Below are positions 11,480-25,328 of a stretch of 64,000 nt of DNA, piece after piece. This stretch comes from Albugo candida (lineage: Eukaryota), in NCBI GenBank assembly GCA_040437565.1, contig JBDOQK010000028.1, positions 1 through 64,000 on the forward strand, in the 5' to 3' direction. Below the pieces are notes generated by a model. That model saw nothing but the letters and a program-made list of their open reading frames with translations. It was not told the origin of the DNA and did no database searches. How positions within the stretch are numbered: the first letter of the stretch is position 1; every line of letters begins with the position of its first letter. The position numbers were made by a program, and so were the translations under genes.

Positions 11480-14400
11480 GTAAGCGACAAGGCTTCCCAT
11501 TTTAAGATTGAGGTAATGAACCGGTGGCTGAAAATACTAGCAGCTCATCACCATCTCGTGGCAGCATACAGCCCATGGGCAAATGGTACGGCTGAGGTCA
11601 TGAATAGACAGCTGCCGAAAGTAATGCGGTCTTTTTTGAGTGAACGAAAATTGAGGCTTGGCAATGGCCAGCGTTGCTGTCTTTATGATACTCATCGGTT
11701 AGTCAGCTTCCTCATGGTCGCCTAGGTGGAGTGACTCCAGTAATTGCGTTCATGGCTCTACCAAAGGGCGACCCCATTTATGGAAGGGTTGATCGCAAAA
11801 ACATGCCGTCCATCACGCCTCAAAAATTGTAAGGAACACAAAGCAAACTCGTGGTGTAGTTACATCGAAATATTCACGATGTGCACCATCAAGTGTCAGA
11901 AAGTACTAGAAAGAAAAATCAGGCTGCACGTAGGTGGCATGAGGAAAAGTTGGAGTACGACCAGCCAACTCTGAGGTTGGAGATTTCGTATTGGCCGGAC
12001 ATGTTACCAGAACGAAGAACAAACTATTTTTGCGCTGTAAAGGCCCTGACTGGATTGTTGCGACGATCAACTAGTGGAATTACGTAATTCAGGAACTGTT
12101 TGAAAAGCCTTTTCACGATCATTACGTGTCATGTTACCAGATTGAAGTTGTACAGAACGAAAAATGCGGAAGTGACTCAAGATGTCTTGGATTATATCAC
12201 TTATGCAAACGGTGGCTAGATGGTTAATCAGCTGACCAGTTCTCCGCATTAATCTGGACACGCATATTTGAGAAAGATGAGTACAATGGGTAGGCTTGGA
12301 CGAAGTGGGAATTAGCTGGGAGTCGCTCTTATAATGTGGGAAGACGTTCCATGTTTGGCTGAAAAAAAAATTCCACGCGAATCAGCGGTATTGTAACTTT
12401 CTTATGGTCAGAAAGCTCAAGAAGAAGAGGGTAATGACGGGTTTTGTACCAATTTGATATAATAGGAGAGTATCTATCTAGATTTCCAATAGGATCTATC
12501 GGTTCGGCATTTTTCTATACTTTTTGTTAGAGAAATTAGATAGAACTCGACGTTTTGCTTGGCTTCTAGAGCAAGCAAATTCGGAAAACATATCACAAAA
12601 AAAAGGTATACACTGTTTAGTTACAAATGGAGTGAGGCATCTTCTTCATTCAACATCACTTCTTGATTTCTACAGACTACTGGTCCACCGCTTGTCATTG
12701 ATTCAACCCACTCCAATTTGACACATCTGCATACCATCAAGGGTGTACTTCCTATGGTATCCACTTTCATTCGAACTATAGCTTTCTTGCAGGGAAAAAC
12801 TTCATGACGTCAATATGGCTAAAGACATCAGACCTCAGTTCATTTATGTGTGGAGACCATTTTAATAATTTATCCCGTGATAATTAACACCATTGCTTCT
12901 TACTCCAGTCGTTAAGGATCCATTCTGGGGGCAAAACTGATTGTTGTCGAGATGATCTTCTGCTGCTTTGAGTTCTGATGAATATCTGAGTACAGATACA
13001 TATAGTGTCCCAGCGCGCAAGCACCACTGTATCAGCTGAGTATCACCGTTCTTCTTTCAGCTGAGAGAGATACAAGGGAGCATGCTAAAGGATCCTTATT
13101 GTGAATGTTATAGTTTGGTACGGAACAATGCAGCGTTTTCAGCAGCTTTTATATCTATGCCAGGTCTAAAATACTGCAGAAATTGGTCGGTATTACACCC
13201 ATTTAAATAGCGTATCTAATGCGGCCACCTTTTTCTGAACTACTGCTTTAGCTGTCTCTCAAGAGCTTCAGTACTTTCAGAGTCCGTTTCGTTTGTCGTA
13301 CTTGGGTGATCGTTTACAATCGGAATATTTTCGCATATCAGCATTGGTACCAAACAAGCTCTTCAGTCATTATAGGAACGTCAGTCACGTCTGAGACATC
13401 TTAAGCGTCAAGAAGGAAGACTTAGTTTTGCTAGCTCAGGTGGACTTCCCTTTTTCAAGAAATATCTTGCAGTCAATTGATAGTCGTGNNNNNNNNNNNN
13501 NNNNNNNNNNNNNNNNNNNNNNNNNNNNNNNNNNNNNNNNNNNNNNNNNNNNNNNNNNNNNNNNNNNNNNNNNNNNNNNNNNNNNNNNCCTTTTTCTGAA
13601 CTACTGCTTTAGCTGTCTCTCAAGAGCTTCAGTACTTTCAGAGTCCGTTTCGTTTGTCGTACTTGGGTGATCGTTTACAATCGGAATATTTTCGCATATC
13701 AGCATTGGTACCAAACAAGCTCTTCAGTCATTATAGGAACGTCAGTCACGTCTGAGACATCTTAAGCGTCAAGAAGGAAGACTTAGTTTTGCTAGCTCAG
13801 GTGGACTTCCCTTTTTCAAGAAATATCTTGCAGTCAATTGATAGTCGTGGTTCATATCACGGATACGAATACATTCACATCCGAGCCACTGAAACATCTT
13901 GTCACTGTGTCACTTGGAAAATCATATGCTTCTAATGCATACCTCTGATCACCCCGTACGACACACACTGACAACTTGAAGCACATGCGTACGACAGACA
14001 TTTGGAAGAGCTCATAAAAGTAACGTTCAGACACCGCTCTGGAAGCGATAAAGAATATCATGCCCCAGGGACTATTTTACCGTTCAAGGCTTCCAGGAAG
14101 ACATTTGAGAGAAATAATAGCATCAGCCACTGGATGGTTAGCTAGTAGAAGCCTCGAACCACCATGGACACAATGCAATCTGAAGACTAACCTTTTTCAC
14201 CTTACGATGTCGAACGTTGGTACTGACGAACAGCAACAAAGAAGCCCTAATGGAGGAACGTGGCATCAACTTGTAGTAATCAAGAAATTGAGCCTACGAG
14301 CGCAAGAAGCGGATGTGGTGGCCGCTTACGTGCCATCAATTCTCTATGTGTACTTTGAATAGTTTCATCAATGCGTGTACATGCATATGCGTTCTATATA

Positions 14401-15385
14401 AGCACGCGAGTCTCGATTTTAGAAGACGCCGCCCACACGGAAGTAGAGGTGAATGCGAACTTTCCGTCGATTCTTCAATCATTCAATAAGAAGAAGAGAG
14501 GGAGTGAAGGATGGATCGGCAAACGGGAGCCCCGTACTCGGATAATTTGACTGAAGACGACCATAAGCAGTTCAACAAGATTGGAACTGAGGTGTGCTCT
14601 ACCCAGCCAGTGACCATCTTAAAGCGATGCACAATTGTGTGCAGCTAACCTCGCATCAAGTATGCGCCGCAAGAAATACACAAGGATCGGCAAGCTCCTA
14701 CTTGTTTAAATTGAAGAGCTGTACAAGCTGGAACGTATTGGCCTCAACAGCCGCGCCTTGGGCCAAAACTGCGGATGCGTTTGAAGGTTACTTCACACAT
14801 GCCGAATACCGCGCTATAAGCGATCGCACTGCGCAGAGGGACTTAGCGGTAGTCCTCTTTATCCACTGCCAGCATATTGGCTCCCGATGATGAAACCCAT
14901 TCTTACAGAATGGAGCCATCGACTCTCCACACAGTTGTATAAGAGCCGATGGTAATCGTCCTCTCGGCGTGTACAGTCAGCTAATTCCATCGCGAAGAGC
15001 GCTCTCAAGAACTCCGATTGACCTGCTTCGGTCCGCTACTTCATGGAAACGACGGGCTCAGCAATAGCGTCAACGATAGAAAAAATTGAACCTCTTACAC
15101 GAGCCAGTTTCAAGACAAGCTTACCAGAGCTAAGGGCGATGTCGACTATGGTGATAACTAGTATAGTCTTCAGTTTACCCGCTTCTGACTCGGTGGATCT
15201 AAGATATTCTAGCTTCCAGATAGCACAATAACACACTGTCCGGAGTCGCAGTACATTGGCTGCAAAGTGCCATTTTAGCTCCGATCCAAAAGAAGCCTTA
15301 CGATACTGTTGTTCGAGGTCCTAGCGCGGCTTCTGATCTCCATGCAACTGTACACCGAGGCCAAGTTCTGAGCATGTACTGCTGT

Positions 15386-17090
15386 CTAGAGGCTGTGCGT
15401 GTACTTGTATTCTTCCTTGGATGTTGTCTTGTCAATGTAGGAGTGAGCTTTGAAATGTTCTGCTTGGATGAGTTCAGCAAGCATAGGGGCCACCGATAGT
15501 CGCTTTATTTTACTTGAGTGGTACACGTCAGCGCCTTGATCTTGTGGGACAGTATCCATGACAATAACCTGCGACACTGGGCTTTCATCAATGACTTTCT
15601 CTGCTTCTCCATTTAATAGAGGATGTGATGCAAAGCAGTACACTTTACGAGCACCTTTTGATTGGGCAAGTGCTGATAGTTTTGATAGGGTTCGACTAGT
15701 GTCGATCATGTCATCCACGATAATCACATCTGCGCCAGTCAGGTCCCCAACAATATCACCATCAACATGATTTGTTCCACCCGAAGTGGTTCCACGAATG
15801 TAAGCCGCAAATCGTACTGGCGAGTCTGGAAGCCATTTATTCAAGCCATGCTGAAATACGCGTGTACGACGAAGACACTCTGCGTTTGGTGACAATACCA
15901 CCAGAGGGCGTCGCAGATAAACTTGAGTAGCAAAGTATTCAACGCCAGCCATGATCGTCTCAAGCGTTTCGACTGGGATATTGGAGCTAAAGAAGCAAGC
16001 TTCATGACCCTGCGCTCGTAGCTGAAGGTCGACGGCTATCACGCGATCGACTCCCATTACTTCAAGCATTTTTGCAATGTCTGCTGCAGGACTCTGTATG
16101 AACTTGGAATGAAGGCTTGTGGATGCTGGACTCATACGTCTGTGATGCTTATACGCGTAATATCTAAACCGAGGTAATACAAGTTATTTAATGAGCATGA
16201 ACGAATCAGCAGCGAGGTAGACGTACGGGATGACTACCGACACACGTTTCGCACTGGCTCGTCTCATAGTGCTAACCATTAATAGCAGTTCAATGATATT
16301 TTCGTTCACAGNNNNNNNNNNNNNNNNNNNNNNNNNNNNNNNNNNNNNNNNNNNNNNNNNNNNNNNNNNNNNNNNNNNNNNNNNNNNNNNNNNNNNNNNN
16401 NNNNNNNNNNNAATATCTAAACCGAGGTAATACAAGTTATTTAATGAGCATGAACGAATCAGCAGCGAGGTAGACGTACGGGATGACTACCGACACACGT
16501 TTCGCACTGGCTCGTCTCATAGTGCTAACCATTAATAGCAGTTCAATGATATTTTCGTTCACAGGTGCTGATAAGCTCTGTACAAGGTAAACGTCTTTTC
16601 CTCGAACACTCTCGCCGATCTGAACTTGGACCTCGCCATCGGCGAATCTTCCAAGAGTCATCTTTCCTACTCTTGTTCCTAGTCGACGTGCAATATCGTC
16701 CGCCAGCTCGTAATGAGAGGATCCGCTAAAGATTTTGAGCTCATGGCAACCAGGAATGAACATTCCTGCATGTGTGCAAGGATGCTTATCGGATGGAAAG
16801 AATGGCGAGAACGGATCGACACGTTTTCGATCCTTAGGAAGGCCAAATTCTTGATCTCGTAAACCTCGTTCCGTAGATGAAGCGCTCATGAGTGCGACAG
16901 GATACTTAATAAAATTACCAATAATGGTTTTGAGGGTACATCTTTCTTTGTCATTTGATCGAAGAGAGACAAACGGAACAGGTTGAATGTTTGGCCTTCT
17001 CTCATAAGTTTGATATAAAGATCCTGCAGTCACGCCTCCGACGATCACTGCAATTTGCGACACACATCGGCCTGTTGAGTCAAGTCGCAT
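15386..17090 (-). CDS. Ribose-phosphate pyrophosphokinase (PRPP synthetase)-family protein, 2 exons; the gap region is duplicated
   Basis: KIFSGSSHYELA, RFADGEV.VQI.ESVRGKDVY, ELLLM...RRASAKRV.VVIPY, VDDMIDT. GT-AG intron 16164-16226 joins PYYAYKHHRR to ORF 15386-16135. Confidence 0.92.
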
Positions 17091-18492
17091 TGTGAATGGC
17101 GTTAAAGCGTTGTTGTCGCACTAATGTGATATTCATGTGGTCACACTATTGTGATGGTGGAATTGACCAATTACGCTGACAAAATTCGTGTAGATATAAC
17201 GATACGAGTTCAAGAGGGGGCAAGCAGTTGATACAAGTCAATATGAGTGTCCTTTTATTTATACTTTCTCATTGAGTGCACAAGAGCTCTACCTCTTTTG
17301 AGATTGAAACACCCGAGAAATCATGGCCTAGAAAATAAGAGGGAAACGTAGAAGGGGCCAGTCCGATCTCGCTCTACATCTGCTTTACTAAATCCAAGGC
17401 CGACTTCAAAGTGCGACCTGTTGTAAAGTACTATTGGTCAAAACGGAATTGCATCATGAAAGATTCCAGACGTTTTATATATCACGTCGAAAACACCTCA
17501 CATCTCCCCGACTGGAGACTGGAATTGCGACACCCCAATCAAACAGACTAGATGTCGTTTTCACCAATATTCTTCCCAAAATGTTACCGAAAAGGCCAAA
17601 ACCATCTCTGAGCTCTTCCTCAAATTTATGTCCATCTTTGGCTACCACCGTACAGAAAAAGCGAGGGCATACGATCAGCGCATTTAGGCTAGAATTTGTA
17701 GTGGGGTTGCTTACCGAATGGTATCGTGCATTTCTCCCATTTCCAACAGAATATGGGAACATGGCTTCTTTCCAGAGTCTTTGCTGCAATTTCTGGTCAA
17801 ATACCATCAGCACTTGATCTTCCATCTACGAGAAGCTTGGCTATTCTTAGATATTTTGTGAAGCCTTCCGGATCAATCCACAAAGATCTCTGTCGTCGAT
17901 ATCCCTAACATTGCTTACGGTAATTTGATCGAACAGAATAGTGTTATCATTGTTTTCTCTGTATCCTTGCACGATATGTATTTTACATATATCCGTGACA
18001 TGTTGCCTTTGTCATATCTACCCGTTGATTTTTCTGCTTTATCATCTCCGTATCTCTGAGTTTACGATCTCATTGCGGATTCCCTTGGGTGCACGAATCA
18101 TTCTTGACTCGCAAGAATCCATTTTTTCTATCGTTGTTTTTTGCTCCAAGATGCGAGGTAGCTTGTTGGCCATATCAATTGTCTCAATTGATTTCTCGTA
18201 ACGTCAGTTCTACCTTTCCACTTGTTCTGATGTGTAAACCTCGCATAGAAAAAGATAATCTTGTAAATCTGAACTTATGCTTCCTATCTGCACCATGAGA
18301 AGATGATACGTCCAATGTAATACAACAGGATCCGACAATCACACTGTCGTAGATCACTGAGATGAATAAGTGTCACGAATTTTGTGCAATTTGAATGCTG
18401 CTTATTTATACTATGTCCCTATTTCCCACTCCCTTGGAGAACACATGCAATGACATGTGCATAGAGGCGACATGTCTGCTTGTATGTTGTTT

Positions 18493-18583
18493 GCTATACG
18501 AAAAGATCAAAAGGTCGAGTAAATATACATGGATTGATTTCATCCATGCATATTTACTCGACCTTTTAATCTTTTCATATAGC
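18493..18583. repeat. Near-perfect inverted repeat: 42-bp arms, 7-nt loop
   Basis: Arms 18493-18534 and 18542-18583 pair at 39 of 42 positions. Confidence 0.95.
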
Positions 18584-19039
18584 TGACGCTGCCATTTGAT
18601 AGTACGAAATGAAGCACAAGTATCATAACTGGAGAACTTGTACACGTAACACATGTCCTTACTCTTGACGAGAAGCTGTAGGTATAATAAAGTCTACATA
18701 CACAATGCAATGTGCACAACAAACATAGTCAGCAAAGCCGTCTACGAAGGATATGCCACAATTCAAATAGTACCCCTCAGCCGAAAAATAAATTAGTACT
18801 TCATATACATCTACATTCGCGTTGTCTTGAGAATAATTAGGCTTCGTATCGCTATATACAATCACGCTCAGGTATTGCTGCAAAATAGAGATCCAGGTAG
18901 TAATAATGGAAATTATAACCTGTTAGTTTCTCTGCAAGACGCACATTGCTTCCGTAGATCCTATCATGACGCTGCCGAGAGGTTTGGTAGCTCAATGGTC
19001 GTATGAGTGTATTTTTGACGATGTACAAGCACCTATTCG

Positions 19040-19738
19040 ATGGCAAATGCTTTGATCTTTGCAGTGTACCTCATAGTAGGACCTGTTTGCGTCCGGGTTG
19101 CAGCACAAAATCAGGAATATCCTTACAACTTTTCGGGTGCACATGCCACAGCGAGTTCATATTACAACTTCAGTCCAAACAAAAAGTTGGACAAGCAGTT
19201 CTTACCATATCGCGCAATTGATGGAGTGGAGAAGTCAACTAGTTGGTGGTCGGGTGGCGGTGAAGTGTCAAAAGTGTATTGGCAATCAAAAATGACTTCG
19301 CCTCCACCGAAACTAACTCGAATGGTCATACGGTGGCATGGTTTTTTGACCCCGTCTAATTATCGAATTCGAGTATCTTATGCTGGCGACAATTTTCAAA
19401 CAATCGCTGTGGTAACAAACAAAAGCATCGAGTATGATCGAATCGATGCGCTGACAAGTGAATTCGCCAGTATCCCGTCTTCGTACTACTATCTCCGAAT
19501 AGTGATGGATATCCCCAACACTTGTATGGATGCATCCACTTGCACGGGGCCCAGCATTTTACCATACAAGAGCGCTATGGGCGATCGTGCTTCTACAGAG
19601 CGCATAATTTATGGCATTCGTGAAATCGAGCTGTGGTTAGCGCATCCCATGACGAGCAGAGCGAGATTTAGCCGCTCAATTCCACCAACCGAGTTGATTG
19701 TGCTTGTCATATGCATCCTTCTGCTCGTCTATATATGA
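19040..19738 (+). CDS. Secreted/surface protein with an F5/8 type C (discoidin)-like domain and C-terminal hydrophobic anchor
   Basis: Signal peptide; ATASSY...AIDG...SWWS, YYLRIV, IREIELW pattern; hydrophobic tail LIVLVICILLLVYI. Confidence 0.75.
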   Translation: MANALIFAVYLIVGPVCVRVAAQNQEYPYNFSGAHATASSYYNFSPNKKLDKQFLPYRAIDGVEKSTSWWSGGGEVSKVYWQSKMTSPPPKLTRMVIRWHGFLTPSNYRIRVSYAGDNFQTIAVVTNKSIEYDRIDALTSEFASIPSSYYYLRIVMDIPNTCMDASTCTGPSILPYKSAMGDRASTERIIYGIREIELWLAHPMTSRARFSRSIPPTELIVLVICILLLVYI

Positions 19739-22700
19739 TTCCGTGAGCAAGTATTGGAACATGATATGCATGAAGGCCTTCTTTCATATACAACAGGCTT
19801 ATTCAATTGGGAATCATTGTCTCTACCCCAATTATCGCGGAGATGATGTTTATAGGTAAGTCATTGTTGGCTACTGTAAGTAGATGCAACGCAATGTTTC
19901 ATCATAAATATCAGTAGTAGCTATGAGTCAGACATTTGTTACAAGTCGAATTGCTATTTTAATCATTGTCATTCGCCTAGCTACGTGCAGAGTACGAGGA
20001 GTGAGGCGTTCAACGAAGCTGTCCGTATAGTATTCGCAATTAACAAGACACTCCTGAGAGCCGCAATGCCGCGGAAACATGACTTTTGTATGTTGCTTTG
20101 ATTTCCGAGAAAGATACAACACCTTAAGACGTAGAAAGGATCTGCTTTTGTGATGCTGAAATTTTCACTTAATTAGCCAAAGTTAAGGAAGCGAGCAGCC
20201 AATATGACGTAATTCGGCGTCCTAAAAAATTGATGATTTATGGTGGTGAAAACTCAGAAACGGAGAAGGAGAGTGAGAGCACTTATATAGCAATCTTACG
20301 CGCTTATCAGAATTGACACGAATATCTTAAAAAATGAACCGATATTGTGTGCCAAAGGGTTCGACGTACAGTAGCTACATGCACTTTCCCGGTTGAGTCA
20401 AAGAAAGTACTGTTTAGAAAATTGATCTTTTGCGATTGCGCATCGATGATGGCTTGGACGGTCGTGCGTCCTCACGCGATCCATTGGTCGAATCGATTTA
20501 TCTCAAATTTTTCACGATAATGTGGCAGTGGGGATATTATAATTGCTATCTCATGTCAATAAAACTTGATGTCCAGCGGCGAGTTTGCGTCCGACTATCA
20601 TCTAGGCGCAAGCGAAGATCGCCAATGCGTCCGAAAATTGTACTCATACACAACGAAAGATTGTGTTTCCCATTAGCCATCATCAATTTCAACAAAGTTC
20701 GACGTGCTGCCAGAAGTTTTTTTTATGAAAAATGCGAACAAGATTGGACCGGTGGGTAATTTTGGTATCGTGTCCTTGTATTGCCTCGCCTATGGAATCG
20801 AATCTTCAAGGATTTGCCGTCCAGTTGGGGAATCGAGTTGTCTTGTAGAAATTTGCTCAGACGAAAAATTTCTTTCATGACGTGTAGAGCTACATTTCAG
20901 CCCGTCACGCACTGACTTCACATACTTATCCTCAAGGGAGGAATATTGGAAGCTCTTGCTCTATTAAATGATTGATTGGTGCTCCAAATATGATTCAAAG
21001 GCTTGTCGCTGAGTTTTGCAGTGATTTGGCTTTATATACTCATTCAACAATTTAGTGAAGAGCTATCTCTCGAATCAGAGATTGCAAGGCCGATTGCAGT
21101 AATGATTTCGTCGTCGCGACTTACCTGCGTCTATCAATTTAAATTCTTTCTACACAATAGATCCCTCTTGGTATTGATACCCATTGCGAGCATCTGTATC
21201 CCGTCGGTCTTCTCAATTCTGGAAATTTTGTAAATTTTGATTGTTCCCTTCCTTTGTGACTTTGGAGTATTGACTGCATTTGTAGGATGAGCAAGTGGAC
21301 AAACAGCAACCGATGGTTTTGAGATGCATAAGGTATACATTTTTGGAGCTTCCAGTGCTTGGTCAATCCGGGCACCGAATTTTTGTACAAGAATGAGATT
21401 TTGTATACTCGAGAATTTTTTGGAGGAAAGGGGCATCACATGTATTGTTTCAGCTGTCAAAGCCGGATCAGCGAGAATCCCTGAACATCGAGTAGATGTG
21501 ACCTACCAGCGTAAGGAGTTCTCACACGTGTCCGAAGTAGAGCATTTTCTCCAGTATTCAAAAATCTCTATAGCAAAAGCATTTTGAATCTGAATGTGTG
21601 ATCAGGAATTTGTGAAGATTCTACCCCTGCTGCCTTCCCGTCGCAAACATATCATTTTCTTCTAAGTGTTTTTTTTGTGTACTACCGTTCAGGTGACTTA
21701 TACATCTGAGCCGAACTATGATTGCAGAGGTTGCAAAGAACGATACAGAACGACACTTCACTTTTTCGCCATTCTTGGAATGTAAGTTAAAGCTCATTTT
21801 ACTCACGAACATCGCGTGTTTTCGTCAATCAGATCAACGAGTAATTCTGTTTGACGATTATATTGAGCAAGTATCACTTTAGACCAAAACCTCGCTCCTT
21901 TCTTTCCCTTTATGCTGGCTTATCGATTATTCATGCACGATATGCAGCTTTGTGAGCTTTTGATGCTTCGTTGAACATAGAAGATCTGCATACTCTCCAT
22001 ATGGCAGAATGACAAGTATGCTATATCCTGGAAGATTTGAGCACAAACATAACGATTATAGCCCACTGATTACACTTGGACGCTAGTGAAATGAACTAAG
22101 CTAAACACGGAACATTTCCTGGCATTCGGAATATGGGGAATCGAAGGTGTGTTGTATTTGCGGTCAATCGTGCGAATATGTAAGCTTCGCATATATACTC
22201 GAACTCGCACGGCCGCCCAATAGGCTACCTATTTTGTTTGTATGCCTAAGAAATTTTACTTGATCAGGATCCATTGATGAACATAGGCACAAAGATAATG
22301 AATTGATTATAGCTCGCATTCTGTAAGTCTCTTGCAGAATCTCATAAGCCGCCCATATAATTCGGTATCTCCCAAAGCAGATCGTAAATGCTGCACGATG
22401 ACAACGACACCCAGCACCACGATAACCGATGATAGATTTGATCCAATGCAAGCATCAATATAGCACTTCTCTCGGAGCCGTTTTTTTACGTCACCTATTT
22501 TCTTAGTGAATTGCAACAACTCGATAGTGGGCATTTGTGTAATCAATGGGATAAGAGGTAGAAATCATCGATATTACACAAATCTAAGGTGTAACTTGTT
22601 CCGGGACCCAATCACAGTCCTTACGACATCATTCACGCAATTCTTCTTGGTTGATCCGTCACAACAATGTTTCCATTTTATTTCTCCTCCTTACAATCTC

Positions 22701-25328
22701 CTGGACTTTACGCAATGATGAGNNNNNNNNNNNNNNNNNNNNNNNNNNNNNNNNNNNNNNNNNNNNNNNNNNNNNNNNNNNNNNNNNNNNNNNNNNNNNN
22801 NNNNNNNNNNNNNNNNNNNNNNCCTATTTTCTTAGTGAATTGCAACAACTCGATAGTGGGCATTTGTGTAATCAATGGGATAAGAGGTAGAAATCATCGA
22901 TATTACACAAATCTAAGGTGTAACTTGTTCCGGGACCCAATCACAGTCCTTACGACATCATTCACGCAATTCTTCTTGGTTGATCCGTCACAACAATGTT
23001 TCCATTTTATTTCTCCTCCTTACAATCTCCTGGACTTTACGCAATGATGAGGAAATAGTTCCGCTTGAACAAAACGTCAAGTACATCCTGGGTGACCGGT
23101 GTCCGTTCGTCCATTGCTTTCCCGAATGCTACAACGTATTCTTACAAGGAAATATCGGCTAGTTAATTAGTAAGAAGAATACTTGCTGGTGTACTGATTG
23201 ACACAGCGGGATAGGAACGTCGTCATATCAACAGTGACTCTCGCAACTTTCTTCAGAGTACATTGATTTCTCATCAATGACATTTTAGAGTTGACTGCAA
23301 GTTGAGGTGCCCACAGTTGTAAGTTAACAGACATTCCAGCATACGGTGAGACATGCACACAATTCATTAGTATGAATGATTGAGCATATTTCCGTAACAC
23401 GTACGCAGTACGAGTATCACTACATGAGAGTAGAATTTTACTTATGCTTGCTGACACGGCGACGAAGCTCTGTCTCTGGAGTCGACGTAGGAAGGTCATT
23501 TGAGCTGCTTGAAAAATAAGCTGAGGCTACAAAATCGCGCCTGGTTCTCTATCGCGGACGACAACTCGATCAGCCAAATTTGCAGTCATAAGGTATTCAT
23601 TCTCGCAACGCAAAGGGTACCACAACACATTCTCTCGCTTCAAACAAGAGTGTTAGCTCATATTACTTGATTTTTCTCGGCAGGTTTGCCAAGCGCAAAG
23701 CTCTATTGAGGCATTGTAATACAGAAATGATAATTAGAATATCAAATGGACACGACTCGTGGTATCACGTGCATGATAGCCTCGCCTATTTGTGCTGCCC
23801 ACAAATCACCAAGGCTTTTAGATCTACACAGCGTTAAAGCAGTATCCGACAAAGAAAAAAACATGAGCGAGGCTTTTCTTCCGTTTACGATCGTTCTTTC
23901 AGAGGAAGCCTTNNNNNNNNNNNNNNNNNNNNNNNNNNNNNNNNNNNNNNNNNNNNNNNNNNNNNNNNNNNNNNNNNNNNNNNNNNNNNNNNNNNNNNNN
24001 NNNNNNNNNNNNTAGTTCCGCTTGAACAAAACGTCAAGTACATCCTGGGTGACCGGTGTCCGTTCGTCCATTGCTTTCCCGAATGCTACAACGTATTCTT
24101 ACAAGGAAATATCGGCTAGTTAATTAGTAAGAAGAATACTTGCTGGTGTACTGATTGACACAGCGGGATAGGAACGTCGTCATATCAACAGTGACTCTCG
24201 CAACTTTCTTCAGAGTACATTGATTTCTCATCAATGACATTTTAGAGTTGACTGCAAGTTGAGGTGCCCACAGTTGTAAGTTAACAGACATTCCAGCATA
24301 CGGTGAGACATGCACACAATTCATTAGTATGAATGATTGAGCATATTTCCGTAACACGTACGCAGTACGAGTATCACTACATGAGAGTAGAATTTTACTT
24401 ATGCTTGCTGACACGGCGACGAAGCTCTGTCTCTGGAGTCGACGTAGGAAGGTCATTTGAGCTGCTTGAAAAATAAGCTGAGGCTACAAAATCGCGCCTG
24501 GTTCTCTATCGCGGACGACAACTCGATCAGCCAAATTTGCAGTCATAAGGTATTCATTCTCGCAACGCAAAGGGTACCACAACACATTCTCTCGCTTCAA
24601 ACAAGAGTGTTAGCTCATATTACTTGATTTTTCTCGGCAGGTTTGCCAAGCGCAAAGCTCTATTGAGGCATTGTAATACAGAAATGATAATTAGAATATC
24701 AAATGGACACGACTCGTGGTATCACGTGCATGATAGCCTCGCCTATTTGTGCTGCCCACAAATCACCAAGGCTTTTAGATCTACACAGCGTTAAAGCAGT
24801 ATCCGACAAAGAAAAAAACATGAGCGAGGCTTTTCTTCCGTTTACGATCGTTCTTTCAGAGGAAGCCTTGATCACAGCTGTAAATACCAGCTTTGATTAC
24901 ACTTACAAAACATCGTGCTTGGCGAAGAGTAGCTCGTTTCTCACAATTTTGCGCTTGCGTGAAAGTCTATCCTTCACAAAATGCTGCCAGTCATATCGTC
25001 TTCTAAGTAGCCATTGGGATCAATTTCACATTGCCTTGCACAATTTTGCGCGCGTTATCTTCATATTGTCATGGACGAACCTCAAGAAACGATTGAAATA
25101 TTGAACAAAAGCATTATATCTATGCATATACTAATAAATCTGCCAGCGTTCTATTGATGAAACCTCCCCACAAAACGGAATATTACTCCGATTCTGTTTC
25201 CATCCTACTGCAACGCGAAAAGTTTCTCCAAATTTGAGCAGCTCAATAGCACTTTTGCATCGGCATTATTGGACAAAATTGAGAATTTGTAGTCTTCTAT
25301 AAAATTGGACTACTCCGTCGAGCTTCCA

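Larger units (their letters stand above)
6530..12430 (+). mobile_element. Ty3/Gypsy (chromovirus-like) integrase-chromodomain remnant, split by a nested element (parts about 6530-6872 and 11485-12430)
   Basis: Integrase VAHAGSSGHR...; YGVVLRW | SDKASHF...AYSPWANGTAEVMNR rejoins across the insertion. Chromodomain-like VQWVGLDE..SWE near 12280-12350, then a purine tract. Confidence 0.75.

Noticed and set aside
13228-13848. 260-bp direct repeat resembling an LTR pair
   Set aside because: Identical sequence on both sides of an N gap; assembly artefact.
16159-16563. Duplicated PRPS exon end and intron
   Set aside because: Identical gap-flank overlap, not exon duplication.
17475-17825. Possible kinase-like remnant (ILV...LFDWG)
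   Set aside because: Only one weak motif; no supporting kinase subdomains.
22495-24870. Apparent tandem duplications (22495-22722/22823-23051; 23056-23912/24013-24869)
   Set aside because: Identical copies directly flanking 100-N gaps: unmerged contig overlaps.
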